DNA of 64,000 nucleotides from an uncultured delta proteobacterium (GTDB taxonomy: Bacteria > Desulfobacterota > WTBG01), in the NCBI GenBank assembly GCA_963793865.1, contig CAWCBP010000012.1, positions 64,001 to 128,000 on the forward strand, in the 5' to 3' direction. Under the pieces are notes generated by a model. It was not told the DNA's origin. It worked only from the letters and a program-made list of their open reading frames with translations, and ran no database searches. Below are positions 19,632 to 28,637 of the stretch, one piece after another (the stretch's first letter is position 1; every line of letters begins with the position of its first letter). The position numbers were made by a program, and so were the translations under genes.

Positions 19632-21581
19632 TTACGTTACTTTTTCTTTCAGTGGTTGAATTAATTCCCGCAGTCCAAGCCCCATGAGCTTTTCCCTGGT
19701 AAAAAACCCCGTTGCCTCATCCCAGCCGCGAAGGCGGTAGTATTCCCGGAGCATCTGTTCAAAATCATTCCTGGCAAGGGCCTTCCCCTTTCTGGAAATT
19801 ATCGCGTCTCCTTTACCGGGCAGATAGAGATCAGGATTAAACATGCCAAACACATCAAATACCGGTTCGTCCCGTTCTGTAAACTGGCTTTCGGGGAGAT
19901 AGTCATCCGCTTTGCCCAGCCTCCCCTCCCGCAGATGGATGGCACGAATAAGATTAAATATTCTCTCTCCGGCGGCGTTGAGCTCTTCCTCGCTGACTTC
20001 GCTGCCGGTTACGGCCGAAAAGAGGCGGCTTTCCAGCGTCGCGTCGCCCACATGCTCTTCGTCACGCGCGTCATCCATGACCGGAAATGCAAAATCACAG
20101 AGAATGAGGGCGTCCTTGACGTGCTGGCGATTCTGTATCTTAACCGCAGCGAGGGCTTTTCCGGCAGTGCCTGAGAAATCAGCCGCTTCCTCGGTTCCCC
20201 AGAACCGCTTTGCTATTTTTCTTAAAACATCGGTAGAGAGATAGGAAAAAGCTCCCTGGGTGGTATACCATAACGCCCACTTGGTAAGCGGTTCGCAAAT
20301 TTCGTGCAGCTCGGCGACTGAAGGCCGCGGTTCCGTGGCATAGATAAGTGCCGACGGCAAGAACACCTTCGGCCCGTAGGCGAGACCCCGCCCCGTTTGC
20401 GTGAAGTGGTCAAGCGCCAATGCCTTGGCGTCACTGCCCAGCATGTCTGCCGCCCTCATCACCCCTTCAGCCAGCACCCCTCCGAATCCCTCACGCTTTG
20501 CTATTTTTTCAATGAAGAGCCGGATAAATTCGATGCTGCCCGCCCTGCTCATGGGAAGCTCTGCTTCCTTCTCAGAAATGATGCCGTTTTCAATACATTG
20601 CTCCAGCCAGAGCAAAACGCCGGGAAGTTCCATGGTGCACAGAGAATATTCATTGGCAAACGAGGTGGCAAGGAAGGTTGCCGTGGAGAGGTCGCCGTGT
20701 AATCGTTTATCCCATAGGGTGTAAAAAAAACTTGATTGACACTTGCGAACCCCCTCTTCGCCCGAAGTAGCCCTGTAAAGTGACCGCCAGCATCCCTGGG
20801 GACATCCGTGGCATTGAATTTTCTTTACCACCTCGGCCCCGGCAATCGGCGCGGGGGAACCGTACAGATTGAAATAGCCTTCCCCGGTCATTGCTTTTAT
20901 TTCCTGCCTGATCCTCCTGATGCTGTCGGGATGGGCTACAGGAATGACGCCTGACCCCCTGACCGCTATTGCCTTTACATTTTTTGAACCCATCACCGCG
21001 CCGAATCCCACAGAGCCGCTGCCGCCCGCGTCAGTTGCGAGGGTTGCAAAACGCACACTGTTTTCCCCGCCGACACCTGTGGTAACAAACCCGATCTTCT
21101 TTCCCGCTTCGCTTTGGATGGCCCGCGCGGTTTCAGAAACCGGCAAACCCTTCAGATGTTTGGCATCTTTAAATTCAAGCCTGCCGTCAGTGATAAGCAG
21201 ATAGGTTTTATCGCTTGCTTTTCCTTTTATAACCAACCCGTCGTAACCCGCCTTTTTCAGCTGGGCGCCAAAACTTCCTCCGAGATTGGCACTGGCGAAG
21301 CACTCCGGGTACAGTGAGGGGGATTTCCCACAGGCCAGCCAGCGAGAGCCGCTGGGTGCAGGCGTGGCGGCAAGGGGTCCGGTCATCAGTATAAGCGCGC
21401 TGTCCTCATGAAAAGCATCCCTTCCTTCGACAAGATCATCCCAGTAAAGCTTTCCCCCCATTCCCTTACCCCCGATAAATCTGTCTCTATAATCGGCGGT
21501 TTCTCTTACAGAGCATGTCCTCCCGGTCAAATCGACCGTCAATAGTTTCCCCGTCCATCCGCAGAGCTTATTCGTGTCCAC
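19632..21581 (-). CDS. Aldehyde:ferredoxin oxidoreductase family (tungsto/molybdo-enzyme)
   Basis: GWTGKLLTVDLT, FIGGKGMG, GFGAVMGSKNVKAI, CHGCPQGC, LILCDF and EYYRLRGWD. Confidence 0.92.
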   Translation of the reverse strand: MDTNKLCGWTGKLLTVDLTGRTCSVRETADYRDRFIGGKGMGGKLYWDDLVEGRDAFHEDSALILMTGPLAATPAPSGSRWLACGKSPSLYPECFASANLGGSFGAQLKKAGYDGLVIKGKASDKTYLLITDGRLEFKDAKHLKGLPVSETARAIQSEAGKKIGFVTTGVGGENSVRFATLATDAGGSGSVGFGAVMGSKNVKAIAVRGSGVIPVAHPDSIRRIRQEIKAMTGEGYFNLYGSPAPIAGAEVVKKIQCHGCPQGCWRSLYRATSGEEGVRKCQSSFFYTLWDKRLHGDLSTATFLATSFANEYSLCTMELPGVLLWLEQCIENGIISEKEAELPMSRAGSIEFIRLFIEKIAKREGFGGVLAEGVMRAADMLGSDAKALALDHFTQTGRGLAYGPKVFLPSALIYATEPRPSVAELHEICEPLTKWALWYTTQGAFSYLSTDVLRKIAKRFWGTEEAADFSGTAGKALAAVKIQNRQHVKDALILCDFAFPVMDDARDEEHVGDATLESRLFSAVTGSEVSEEELNAAGERIFNLIRAIHLREGRLGKADDYLPESQFTERDEPVFDVFGMFNPDLYLPGKGDAIISRKGKALARNDFEQMLREYYRLRGWDEATGFFTREKLMGLGLRELIQPLKEKVT

Positions 21582-21886
21582 TGTGCCCGGACGCTCCTTT
21601 ACAACTTTGCTGCCTTATTTTGAGATGATATGTCATATGCCTTCTCGGTGCCCATATCCCTTTGGTGAGCACACTGAGGCCTTTTTCCTGATGAGCATCA
21701 CATTTCAGCAGGCTTCAATGAAAAGCTCCATAGCCGGTATCTATTATATTTATGAGCAATCGTCAAGGCGATAAGCAACTGCTTGTTTCGCTTTATTTTT
21801 TGCTGAAAATAGGTTATTAATAGAGCACGCGTACGGATGTGCTGATCATCCGCAGCGGGTTGCTCTCTCACCGGAGGTATTATGCC

Positions 21887-22717
21887 ATGATACGCACCGG
21901 AAAACATTCTTTATATGCCCCTTCAGTTTTAGCTCTCTGCCTTCTCCTGGTAATCGCCGCCTGCGCGTCCCGTCCGGCAAAACCGGATGGGGAACAGGAA
22001 CTGCCGTACTTATCCGAGAAAGATGAGATTAAATTCGGCAACTACGTCGATGCTGTCGTGCGGTCGCAATATCCAATCATAAAGGATGAGCACTTAACCC
22101 GGCAGGTTGCGGCCATTGGCAATGAACTGGTGAGCGTCTGCGCCCGGCCCAAACTGTCCTATACCTTTAAAGTGCTCAACAGCAGCGAAGTGAACGCCTT
22201 TGCCGGCCCCGGCGGCTTTGTCTATATCACCGTCGGCCTGCTCGACAAGCTGGAAAGCAGGGACGAGCTTGCCGCGGTGCTGGCTCACGAAATAGGGCAC
22301 GTGTGCGAAAGGCACTCGGTGCGCTCATACTATAACGCACAAAAAATACAGAATGTTCTGACATTGATTGATGTCGCGGCAGTGGTGGCGGGGGTCCCGC
22401 CGGTAGCCTCAATGGGGGGTGACATGGTCGGTGATTTCAGCCGAATTGTCGCAAACCTCACAGCCACGATTATTGCCCAGGGGTACAGCAGGAGCTGGGA
22501 GAGCAGGGCTGATGAGCTGGCCTTTAACTACACCTCCCGGGCAGATTATGACCCGCATGCTTTTGTAACCGTCCTGGAGCGCTTTCGCACCATGGAAAAG
22601 GAGAAGGGAGAAGAAGTCAAGATTACACTATTATCATCCCACCCCAAAACAGAGGCCCGTATTGAACACATCAAATACCTGCTTGGCGAGGAAGCGAAGG
22701 ATGAAAGCAGTAATTAG
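21887..22717 (+). CDS. M48-family zinc metalloprotease lipoprotein
   Basis: Lipobox IAAC; VNAFAGPGG, LAHEIGH, YSRSWESRAD and LSSHP. Confidence 0.9.
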   Translation: MIRTGKHSLYAPSVLALCLLLVIAACASRPAKPDGEQELPYLSEKDEIKFGNYVDAVVRSQYPIIKDEHLTRQVAAIGNELVSVCARPKLSYTFKVLNSSEVNAFAGPGGFVYITVGLLDKLESRDELAAVLAHEIGHVCERHSVRSYYNAQKIQNVLTLIDVAAVVAGVPPVASMGGDMVGDFSRIVANLTATIIAQGYSRSWESRADELAFNYTSRADYDPHAFVTVLERFRTMEKEKGEEVKITLLSSHPKTEARIEHIKYLLGEEAKDESSN

Positions 22718-23207
22718 TTTCCCTTTAAGAAGCGTTGCTGCCATGCTCTGCTGCGCGGGGATCATGTTATCTCTTTCCGGTTGCACCTCCCCGCCGCCCA
22801 TGCTCCAGGAACCGGTTAAGAGATATTTTGAAGCAGATGCATCTCTTGACACGGCATGGAAGGCTGCCGTGCAAGCGCTGGTGGAAAAGGGTGTTATCAT
22901 ATCAATCATGGACAAGGAGAATAGCCTTATCGTGGTTGAGGAGATGCTTGATGGCGGGGCTTTCCAGCGCACAACGGCGGAGAAGGCTTATTTTTACAGC
23001 GGCCTGGCGCGCGTTTCACTCCTTTTCAGCGATAAAGGGGAAAAGGGAACAGGAATCAACATCAACTCGGTGCTTCAGGGATTTACCGGAAGATATAATC
23101 TTTATGTTACCTCCAATGGATCACTTGAAAAGGACTATTTTCTTTTAATTCAAAACAATCTTCCCATCAAAAAAACCTATAAATGGCTGGAAGATCCGGA
23201 ACCGTAG
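22701..23207 (+). CDS. Hypothetical lipoprotein
   Basis: LSGC lipobox; overlaps the M48 gene end. Confidence 0.7.
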   Translation: MKAVISFPLRSVAAMLCCAGIMLSLSGCTSPPPMLQEPVKRYFEADASLDTAWKAAVQALVEKGVIISIMDKENSLIVVEEMLDGGAFQRTTAEKAYFYSGLARVSLLFSDKGEKGTGININSVLQGFTGRYNLYVTSNGSLEKDYFLLIQNNLPIKKTYKWLEDPEP

Positions 23208-23628
23208 GCCGGAGCGGCAGATAAGGAGGCTGCACCGTAAACAAGTGACATAAAGCATATCTTTGGCTCTTCTCCCTGCCGGTGAAAAAAGTACCATATG
23301 AATAATATCCCCACCCCATTTACGTCCCGCATTGATTAGTTCTGTCTAATTAATTCCCATCACCTCCAGCCTTAAAAAATTAATCACATCACTCATCATC
23401 TGAACATACAACAAATGTGAAGCATAATTAAGTTGAGCAGGTGGACCGGCATCGGCTTTTCGACGACTTCGGCCACTTGGCATATTAGTTGCTCATTATG
23501 TGTGCGTCTTTGACATTTAGTAATTGACCTCACACTTCCCGATGAAATGATTTTTATATAACTAGCTGAATTATATTGAGATAAAAAATGCCCAGCCGTA
23601 AATTCGAACCTCATAATCCCGACAGCAT

Positions 23629-23642
23629 GTCAAAATATTGAC
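23629..23642. promoter_or_regulatory. FleQ/FlrA-like box upstream of flhG
   Basis: GTCAAAATATTGAC palindrome resembling the FleQ consensus GTCaNTAAAtTGAC; an imperfect TGGAACG -24-like element lies at about 23668. Confidence 0.5.
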
Positions 23643-23707
23643 GAAATGCCCGTCAAAATTCTTTTCTTGGAACGGTGCTTTTACAGGACACAGCGAAAGG
23701 AAAGATT

Positions 23708-24652
23708 ATGAATCAGGAAGAAATAATGCGCAGTGCGACAAAAAGAAGGGCGAATCATCAGGCAGGTTGCGGCAATGGCTGGAAGCCGGGTGAACACCGG
23801 TCTGTGAAAGGCCAGTCAAACCGCACGCAGGTTATCGCTGTGACGAGCGGTAAAGGAGGAGTAGGAAAGACCAATGTGGTGGCCAATCTTGGGTATGCCC
23901 TGACCAGGCTCAACAAGCGGGTTTTGCTGGTGGATGCGGACATAGGCCTCGCCAACCTTGACGTCATCCTGGGATTTTCGCCGCGCTACAATTTACAGCA
24001 CGTTTTGAGCGGGGAAAAGCCGATTTCAGAGGTGGTCATAACCGCGCCGGGGGGGATGAAGATTCTTCCCGCAAGTTCGGGCATACAGGAACTCTCAGAG
24101 CTGACCAAGTCACAGAAAATATGCCTGCTCTCCGAGCTGGAATCCATCTCCCGCGGGATCGACATGATTCTGATCGATACCAGCGCCGGCATTTCTTCCA
24201 ACGTGATGTACTTCAACCTGGCGGCGCACGAAATCCTCATGGTGGTGTCCCCGGAACCCACATCCATTACCGATGCCTACGCCATGATGAAAGTGCTCTG
24301 TGTAAAGTATGAGGAAAACCACTTTAACCTGCTGGTGAACGGTGCGCAGAGCGCTGAAGAGGCCAAAGAGGTCTACAACCACATAAGCCTGGTGGGGCAG
24401 AGATTTCATCATCTTTCCATCGACTACTGGGGTTACATCGTGCGGGATGAGCATGTGGTAAAGGCTGTACGACAGCAGAAGGCGCTGGTTGAGCTTTATC
24501 CCGAGGCGGCTGCCAGCAGGTGCATATTTGAACTGGCGCGAAAGGTTTGCGAGCATCAGCTCAACAGCACCTCCCGCGGCGCCATCCGGTTTTTCTGGCA
24601 TCATTTCATGGAAAATCCCGAGACACTTCCTTTATCGCTTTCCAGGATGTAG
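23708..24652 (+). CDS. flhG: MinD-like ATPase FlhG/FleN
   Basis: VTSGKGGVGKTN, DADIGLANLD, IDTSAG and PEPTSITDAYA; directly upstream of fliA. Confidence 0.9.
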   Translation: MNQEEIMRSATKRRANHQAGCGNGWKPGEHRSVKGQSNRTQVIAVTSGKGGVGKTNVVANLGYALTRLNKRVLLVDADIGLANLDVILGFSPRYNLQHVLSGEKPISEVVITAPGGMKILPASSGIQELSELTKSQKICLLSELESISRGIDMILIDTSAGISSNVMYFNLAAHEILMVVSPEPTSITDAYAMMKVLCVKYEENHFNLLVNGAQSAEEAKEVYNHISLVGQRFHHLSIDYWGYIVRDEHVVKAVRQQKALVELYPEAAASRCIFELARKVCEHQLNSTSRGAIRFFWHHFMENPETLPLSLSRM

Positions 24653-24683
24653 TTACACCTCACCTTAACCAAGGGGGAAACAG

Positions 24684-25445
24684 ATGAACGGATTACACAA
24701 CCAGATGGCAGAGAATGACCCGCAGGGCAAGGAAGATTTTACCAGGCGGGAACGGCTGATCATGGAATACGCGCCCCTGGTCAAATATATTGCCAACCGT
24801 GTTGCCATGCGGCTGCCTCCCCACATTGAGGTGGCGGACCTTGTCAATGCCGGCATCCTGGGCCTGATTGATGCGGTGGAGAAGTTTGATCCCTCCAAAG
24901 AGGTCAAGTTCAAGACCTATGCTGAAATCCGCATCAGGGGTGCCATCCTTGATGAATTGCGATCGATGGATTGGATTCCGCGCTCGGTCCGGAAGGTGAT
25001 CAACCAGATGATGAACGCCTACCATGAACTGGAGCAGCATCTCGGCCGGCCGGCCCGCGATGAAGAAATGGCCGAACAGCTGGGCGTGCAGATGGACGAA
25101 TTTTACCGTCTGCTCAAGCAGTCCGCCGGCGTTCCGCTCATCAGCCTTGATGTGACAACGGATCCCGAAGACAAGCGCCGTGATATTTTGAGCTGCATTG
25201 TCGATCCCAAGTCCACCAATGCCTTCGGCGTGCTGGGACTGAACGAGGTCAAGGATTCGGTTGCCCGCGCGATTGAGGATCTGCCTGAAAAAGAAAAAGA
25301 AGTCATATCGCTTTACTACTATGACGAGCTTACCATGAAGGAAATCGGCGAGGTGCTGGATCTGACTGAATCACGCGTCTCCCAGATTCATACCAAGGCT
25401 ATTTTGCGCCTGCGGGTGAGAATCAACAACTTAAAGGGCAGGTAG
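24684..25445 (+). CDS. fliA: RNA polymerase sigma-28 factor
   Basis: YAPLVKYIA, FKTYAEIRIRGAILDELR.MDW.PRS and ELTMKEIG..L.LTESRVSQIH. Confidence 0.93.
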   Translation: MNGLHNQMAENDPQGKEDFTRRERLIMEYAPLVKYIANRVAMRLPPHIEVADLVNAGILGLIDAVEKFDPSKEVKFKTYAEIRIRGAILDELRSMDWIPRSVRKVINQMMNAYHELEQHLGRPARDEEMAEQLGVQMDEFYRLLKQSAGVPLISLDVTTDPEDKRRDILSCIVDPKSTNAFGVLGLNEVKDSVARAIEDLPEKEKEVISLYYYDELTMKEIGEVLDLTESRVSQIHTKAILRLRVRINNLKGR

Positions 25446-25611
25446 CGCTTGCCGATGGCGCAACGCCTGCCGCGCGCATCCTGAGGGTGCATGACAAAAG
25501 CGCGGGATGGTATGCTGCCCGTGCTGCACCGTCATCCGTGAAAAGGGCCTTGATAGTCGAAGCGGGTCGTGTATAATGGTTACCAAAAACCCATAACTGC
25601 AGGAAGGCACC

Positions 25612-26382
25612 ATGAGAGAGTTTGCACCGCCCGGGGCAACGATCACGGACCACTGGCTGGAAATTGCCGGGCAAAAGGCATTGAGCAAAATGTATCGCCT
25701 TGCGGGCCTGGGGGAGCTGCTGGACGGATTGGCCCATAATTTAAATACCCCGCTGTCGGCCGTTGTCGCGCGGGGGGAGATGCTCAGGGACCGGCTGCAG
25801 GGGCTCAGGCAGGAGACCGCGGACGGCGCGGCCGATGATGCCCTCACCTCCAAGCTGGATAAGAGCATACGGGATGCCGAGGTTATCGTAACCAACGCCC
25901 TCAAGCTTGCGGACAAGATAAAAAACGTGATGAACAAGCGGCTGCGCGAGGATGACGATGAGCCCCAGATGATCAGCCTTAACCAGCTCATCAGGGAAGA
26001 GCTTCAGTTCCTGGAAGCGGACATGAAGTTTAAACATGAAATAACCAAAACCTGCTCGCTTGATGATTCGATTCCCGCCATCAGGGGTGTGTATCACCAT
26101 TTTTCCCAATGCTTCATACAGATTGTCAGAAATGTGCTGGATTCCTTTGCCGGTGCGGATAAAAAGGATCTGACCATTACCAGCAGGCGCGATAATTCGG
26201 TCATTCTCCTGGAATTTCGCGATACCGGTCCGGAGCGCGGGAATTCATGCCAGGCGGCCTGCGCGATGCGGCTGGCAAACGTTACCGAATTATTGAAGCC
26301 CTATGGAGCAGTGCTCACTGTTGTGCGAAGCCCCAATGATAATCGCCACACCATAAGCATACCCTGTAAACCGGCCGGCTAA
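25612..26382 (+). CDS. Sensor-less histidine kinase-like protein with a degenerate HATPase domain
   Basis: H-box LAHNLNTPLS; N-box QIVRNVLD; DTG present but no G2 box. Confidence 0.75.
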   Translation: MREFAPPGATITDHWLEIAGQKALSKMYRLAGLGELLDGLAHNLNTPLSAVVARGEMLRDRLQGLRQETADGAADDALTSKLDKSIRDAEVIVTNALKLADKIKNVMNKRLREDDDEPQMISLNQLIREELQFLEADMKFKHEITKTCSLDDSIPAIRGVYHHFSQCFIQIVRNVLDSFAGADKKDLTITSRRDNSVILLEFRDTGPERGNSCQAACAMRLANVTELLKPYGAVLTVVRSPNDNRHTISIPCKPAG

Positions 26383-26608
26383 GGAGCCGCCCCGGCTCAA
26401 GCGGCCTCATCATTTGTCAGTTGCCTTCCCTTATCTTCCAGCCGGCTGAAATAAACTGCCCTATGGTACATGCGGTAACCTCCCCTCATGAAGCGGGAAG
26501 GCCCTTCTCGATAAACATCAGCTCTCCTTTGCCCGCCAATGACGTTTGTGTCACTTCCCCCGCCATTACTTGACCAGTGTAGTGCGTCATTAATTCCGTT
26601 ATTTATAT

Positions 26609-26827
26609 GTGGCTCAAGGGGAGGGGCTTTTTAGCCACAACAAAATTATTCGGAACCTGTAGAACGGCAGCGACTATCTAACTTTGTCCGACAGACCCGC
26701 ATGGTAACAGCCGTATCGAAGTCTCTGAAAAGCTGCCTGTCTGCGGTTTAAGTCGTAAGGCACCGGGTCGTGCCGTAAGCCTAAAGACACATTGTTGTGG
26801 CGTCAAAAGCCCCTCCCCTTGAGCCAC
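26609..26827. repeat. 219-bp element closed by a perfect 23-bp inverted repeat (MITE or rod-like RNA)
   Basis: GTGGCTCAAGGGGAGGGGCTTTT at 26609-26631 and its reverse complement at 26805-26827, with further inner pairing. Confidence 0.75.
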
Positions 26828-27041
26828 TGAACCTCTTCTACAGCATGGTATTCGCAACGCACAGGAGCCTTTCATACGTAAAGAAGTGTTGGACGCACTA
26901 CATAGCATGTTCAATATAGAAGGTCCGGGAAGAATGCCGCTATAGCTTAAAAGGGAAAGCTCACCTGAAAAACAAACAAGACAAATTACCAAATGCTGCA
27001 AATATCAAGATCATTACAATACCTCTGTTTCAAGAAAAAAC

Positions 27042-27069
27042 TAAAGTCTGCCTTGTTTCGTACCGATTT
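27042..27069 (+). promoter_or_regulatory. Sigma-28 promoter of flgM
   Basis: TAAAGTCT...ACCGATTT (TAAA-N16-nCCGAT), followed by a GAGGAGG RBS. Confidence 0.7.
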
Positions 27070-27097
27070 AATAACTGAGCCTTGAGGAGGCACAATT

Positions 27098-27406
27098 ATG
27101 AAGATGGGTGGAAAGCAAACCATTGTATATTTGGAAACGTATATGAAAAATGGACACAACAACGGAACGGCAAGCAGACCGGCACGACACGCGGGGGAAA
27201 GATCCGTACCCGTGGAAATGGTCAGAATATCCGAAAGGGAACGGGATATTATCAATAAAGCCTGGGAGATAGTTGATGCGACCCCCGAAATCAGAGAGGA
27301 AATGGTGGGGCATTTCAAGCGGAAAATGGAAGCAGGCAGCTGTGCGGTAAAGTCTGATCAGGTGGCTGAAAAAATGCTGAAGGAATTCCTTCTGGATGGC
27401 TTGTAA
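27098..27406 (+). CDS. flgM: Anti-sigma-28 factor FlgM
   Basis: VRISE...PEIREEMV..FK..MEAG...V....VAEKML C-terminal FlgM pattern; close to fliA. Confidence 0.8.
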   Translation: MKMGGKQTIVYLETYMKNGHNNGTASRPARHAGERSVPVEMVRISERERDIINKAWEIVDATPEIREEMVGHFKRKMEAGSCAVKSDQVAEKMLKEFLLDGL

Positions 27407-27751
27407 AGAGCGCGTCCGTTACAATATGGCGCCGCAGCACGAATCTCTCTCCCTTCAAATCTATCCATTCTTAATTGGCTCTCCCGGACTGTTATCACGC
27501 ATGTTCTATGCATTAAAAATCCAAGCCCATGTGTTTCGCCGCAGAGAATGAACATGGATTGGATTCCCGCTTTCGCGGACATCCATTTATTGATACGCGT
27601 GTAGGGGCAACCCCCTGTGGTTGCCCTATCATAAACGGGCAGGCAAGGGGCCTGCCCCTGCCATTACCCTTTCTTAATTGACTGTGACCGGCATGATGCG
27701 GTAAACTTTTCCTGTTGCGCACACGACGCAGGGAAAGGAGATGTAAAGAGG

Positions 27752-28051
27752 GTGCATCACGAAAAGGTAGAACTGGCACGGAAGACGGCGGACGGCTACA
27801 TCATACCGCTGGGCACGATCAATCTGGTGAGCGTGGTTACCGACACCGGGATGGTGGGCTGCGGTGTTTTTGATGTTAAAGCACTCGATGCGCTTGGATA
27901 TCCCGCGGCAAAAGCGCGCAGGTCCGGCGAGGGGCTTATTGCGACCATCGATGATCTGCTCAACGGCATAATCAAGGAGGTGAATGAGGCAGCGCGCAAA
28001 CGGGGCGTGAGCATCGGCATGTCCGGGAAAGAGGCGCTTGATTTGATGTGA
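27752..28051 (+). CDS. YunC/DUF1805 family protein
   Basis: GMVGCG.FD, TIDDLL and GMSGKEAL; AAGGAG upstream. Confidence 0.8.
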   Translation: MHHEKVELARKTADGYIIPLGTINLVSVVTDTGMVGCGVFDVKALDALGYPAAKARRSGEGLIATIDDLLNGIIKEVNEAARKRGVSIGMSGKEALDLM

Positions 28052-28108
28052 AGTTTACACTCTTCGCCTATGCCAGTCAGTCCGGGCGCTTAGGGAAACT
28101 GAGGGGAG

Positions 28109-28200
28109 AAAAAATAGAAGGGTGATAGCCATAAAGGAGGGGGCCAAAACGGCTATCAACCCTTCGCTGCCCTATTTAATAGGGCATAAAACCTATACCA
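28109..28200 (-). ncRNA. Candidate sigma54-dependent sRNA with anti-SD loop (copy 2)
   Basis: Minus strand: small hairpin TGCCCTATTAAATAGGGCA, then GAAGGGTTGATAGCCG-TTTTGGCCCCCTCCTTTA-TGGCTATCACCCTTC and a T-run. Confidence 0.6.
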
Positions 28201-28210
28201 CATAAATTAT

Positions 28211-28226
28211 CGCAATGCAAGTGCCC
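28211..28226 (-). promoter_or_regulatory. Sigma-54 (-24/-12) promoter candidate
   Basis: Minus strand GGGCACTTGCATTGCG (GG-N10-GC), pointing into the hairpin locus with no ORF downstream. Confidence 0.6.
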
Positions 28227-28637
28227 TCTTTTTAAATCGGTTATTCTAAAAACTGCCCATCTGATTTATTCGCACCGGACTTCTCACCGGGAATGATTCC
28301 AAACAGCAAAAAAAAGTGGGAATGGCGTCTCCGCCATTCCCGTAATCGAAAGGGTATTTGCATTCTGCAACAGCTTTTAGAAAAAATCAATAGGCAAAAC
28401 CCTGATTTTTGCCCTCGAAAACCCTGATTTTTAACGACGGAATTATCTATGCTAATAGTTTATTATTGAAAAAATATACAGATAAACTATAACCTACACT
28501 ACGGCTTTTGTTTCTGAAAAAGAGCGGCTCAAAAAGGCTTTATGGGGAGGGCAGGTTTGAACAACAATTCGAGAAGATGTGAGGCGATTAAGCCTCCCCA
28601 CATCCTTTTAATAATTCGATAAACAAGAACACACAAC

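Noticed and set aside
21590..21830. Moco/Wco riboswitch upstream of the AOR gene
   Set aside because: I could not match the conserved motif elements by eye; a cmscan would be needed.
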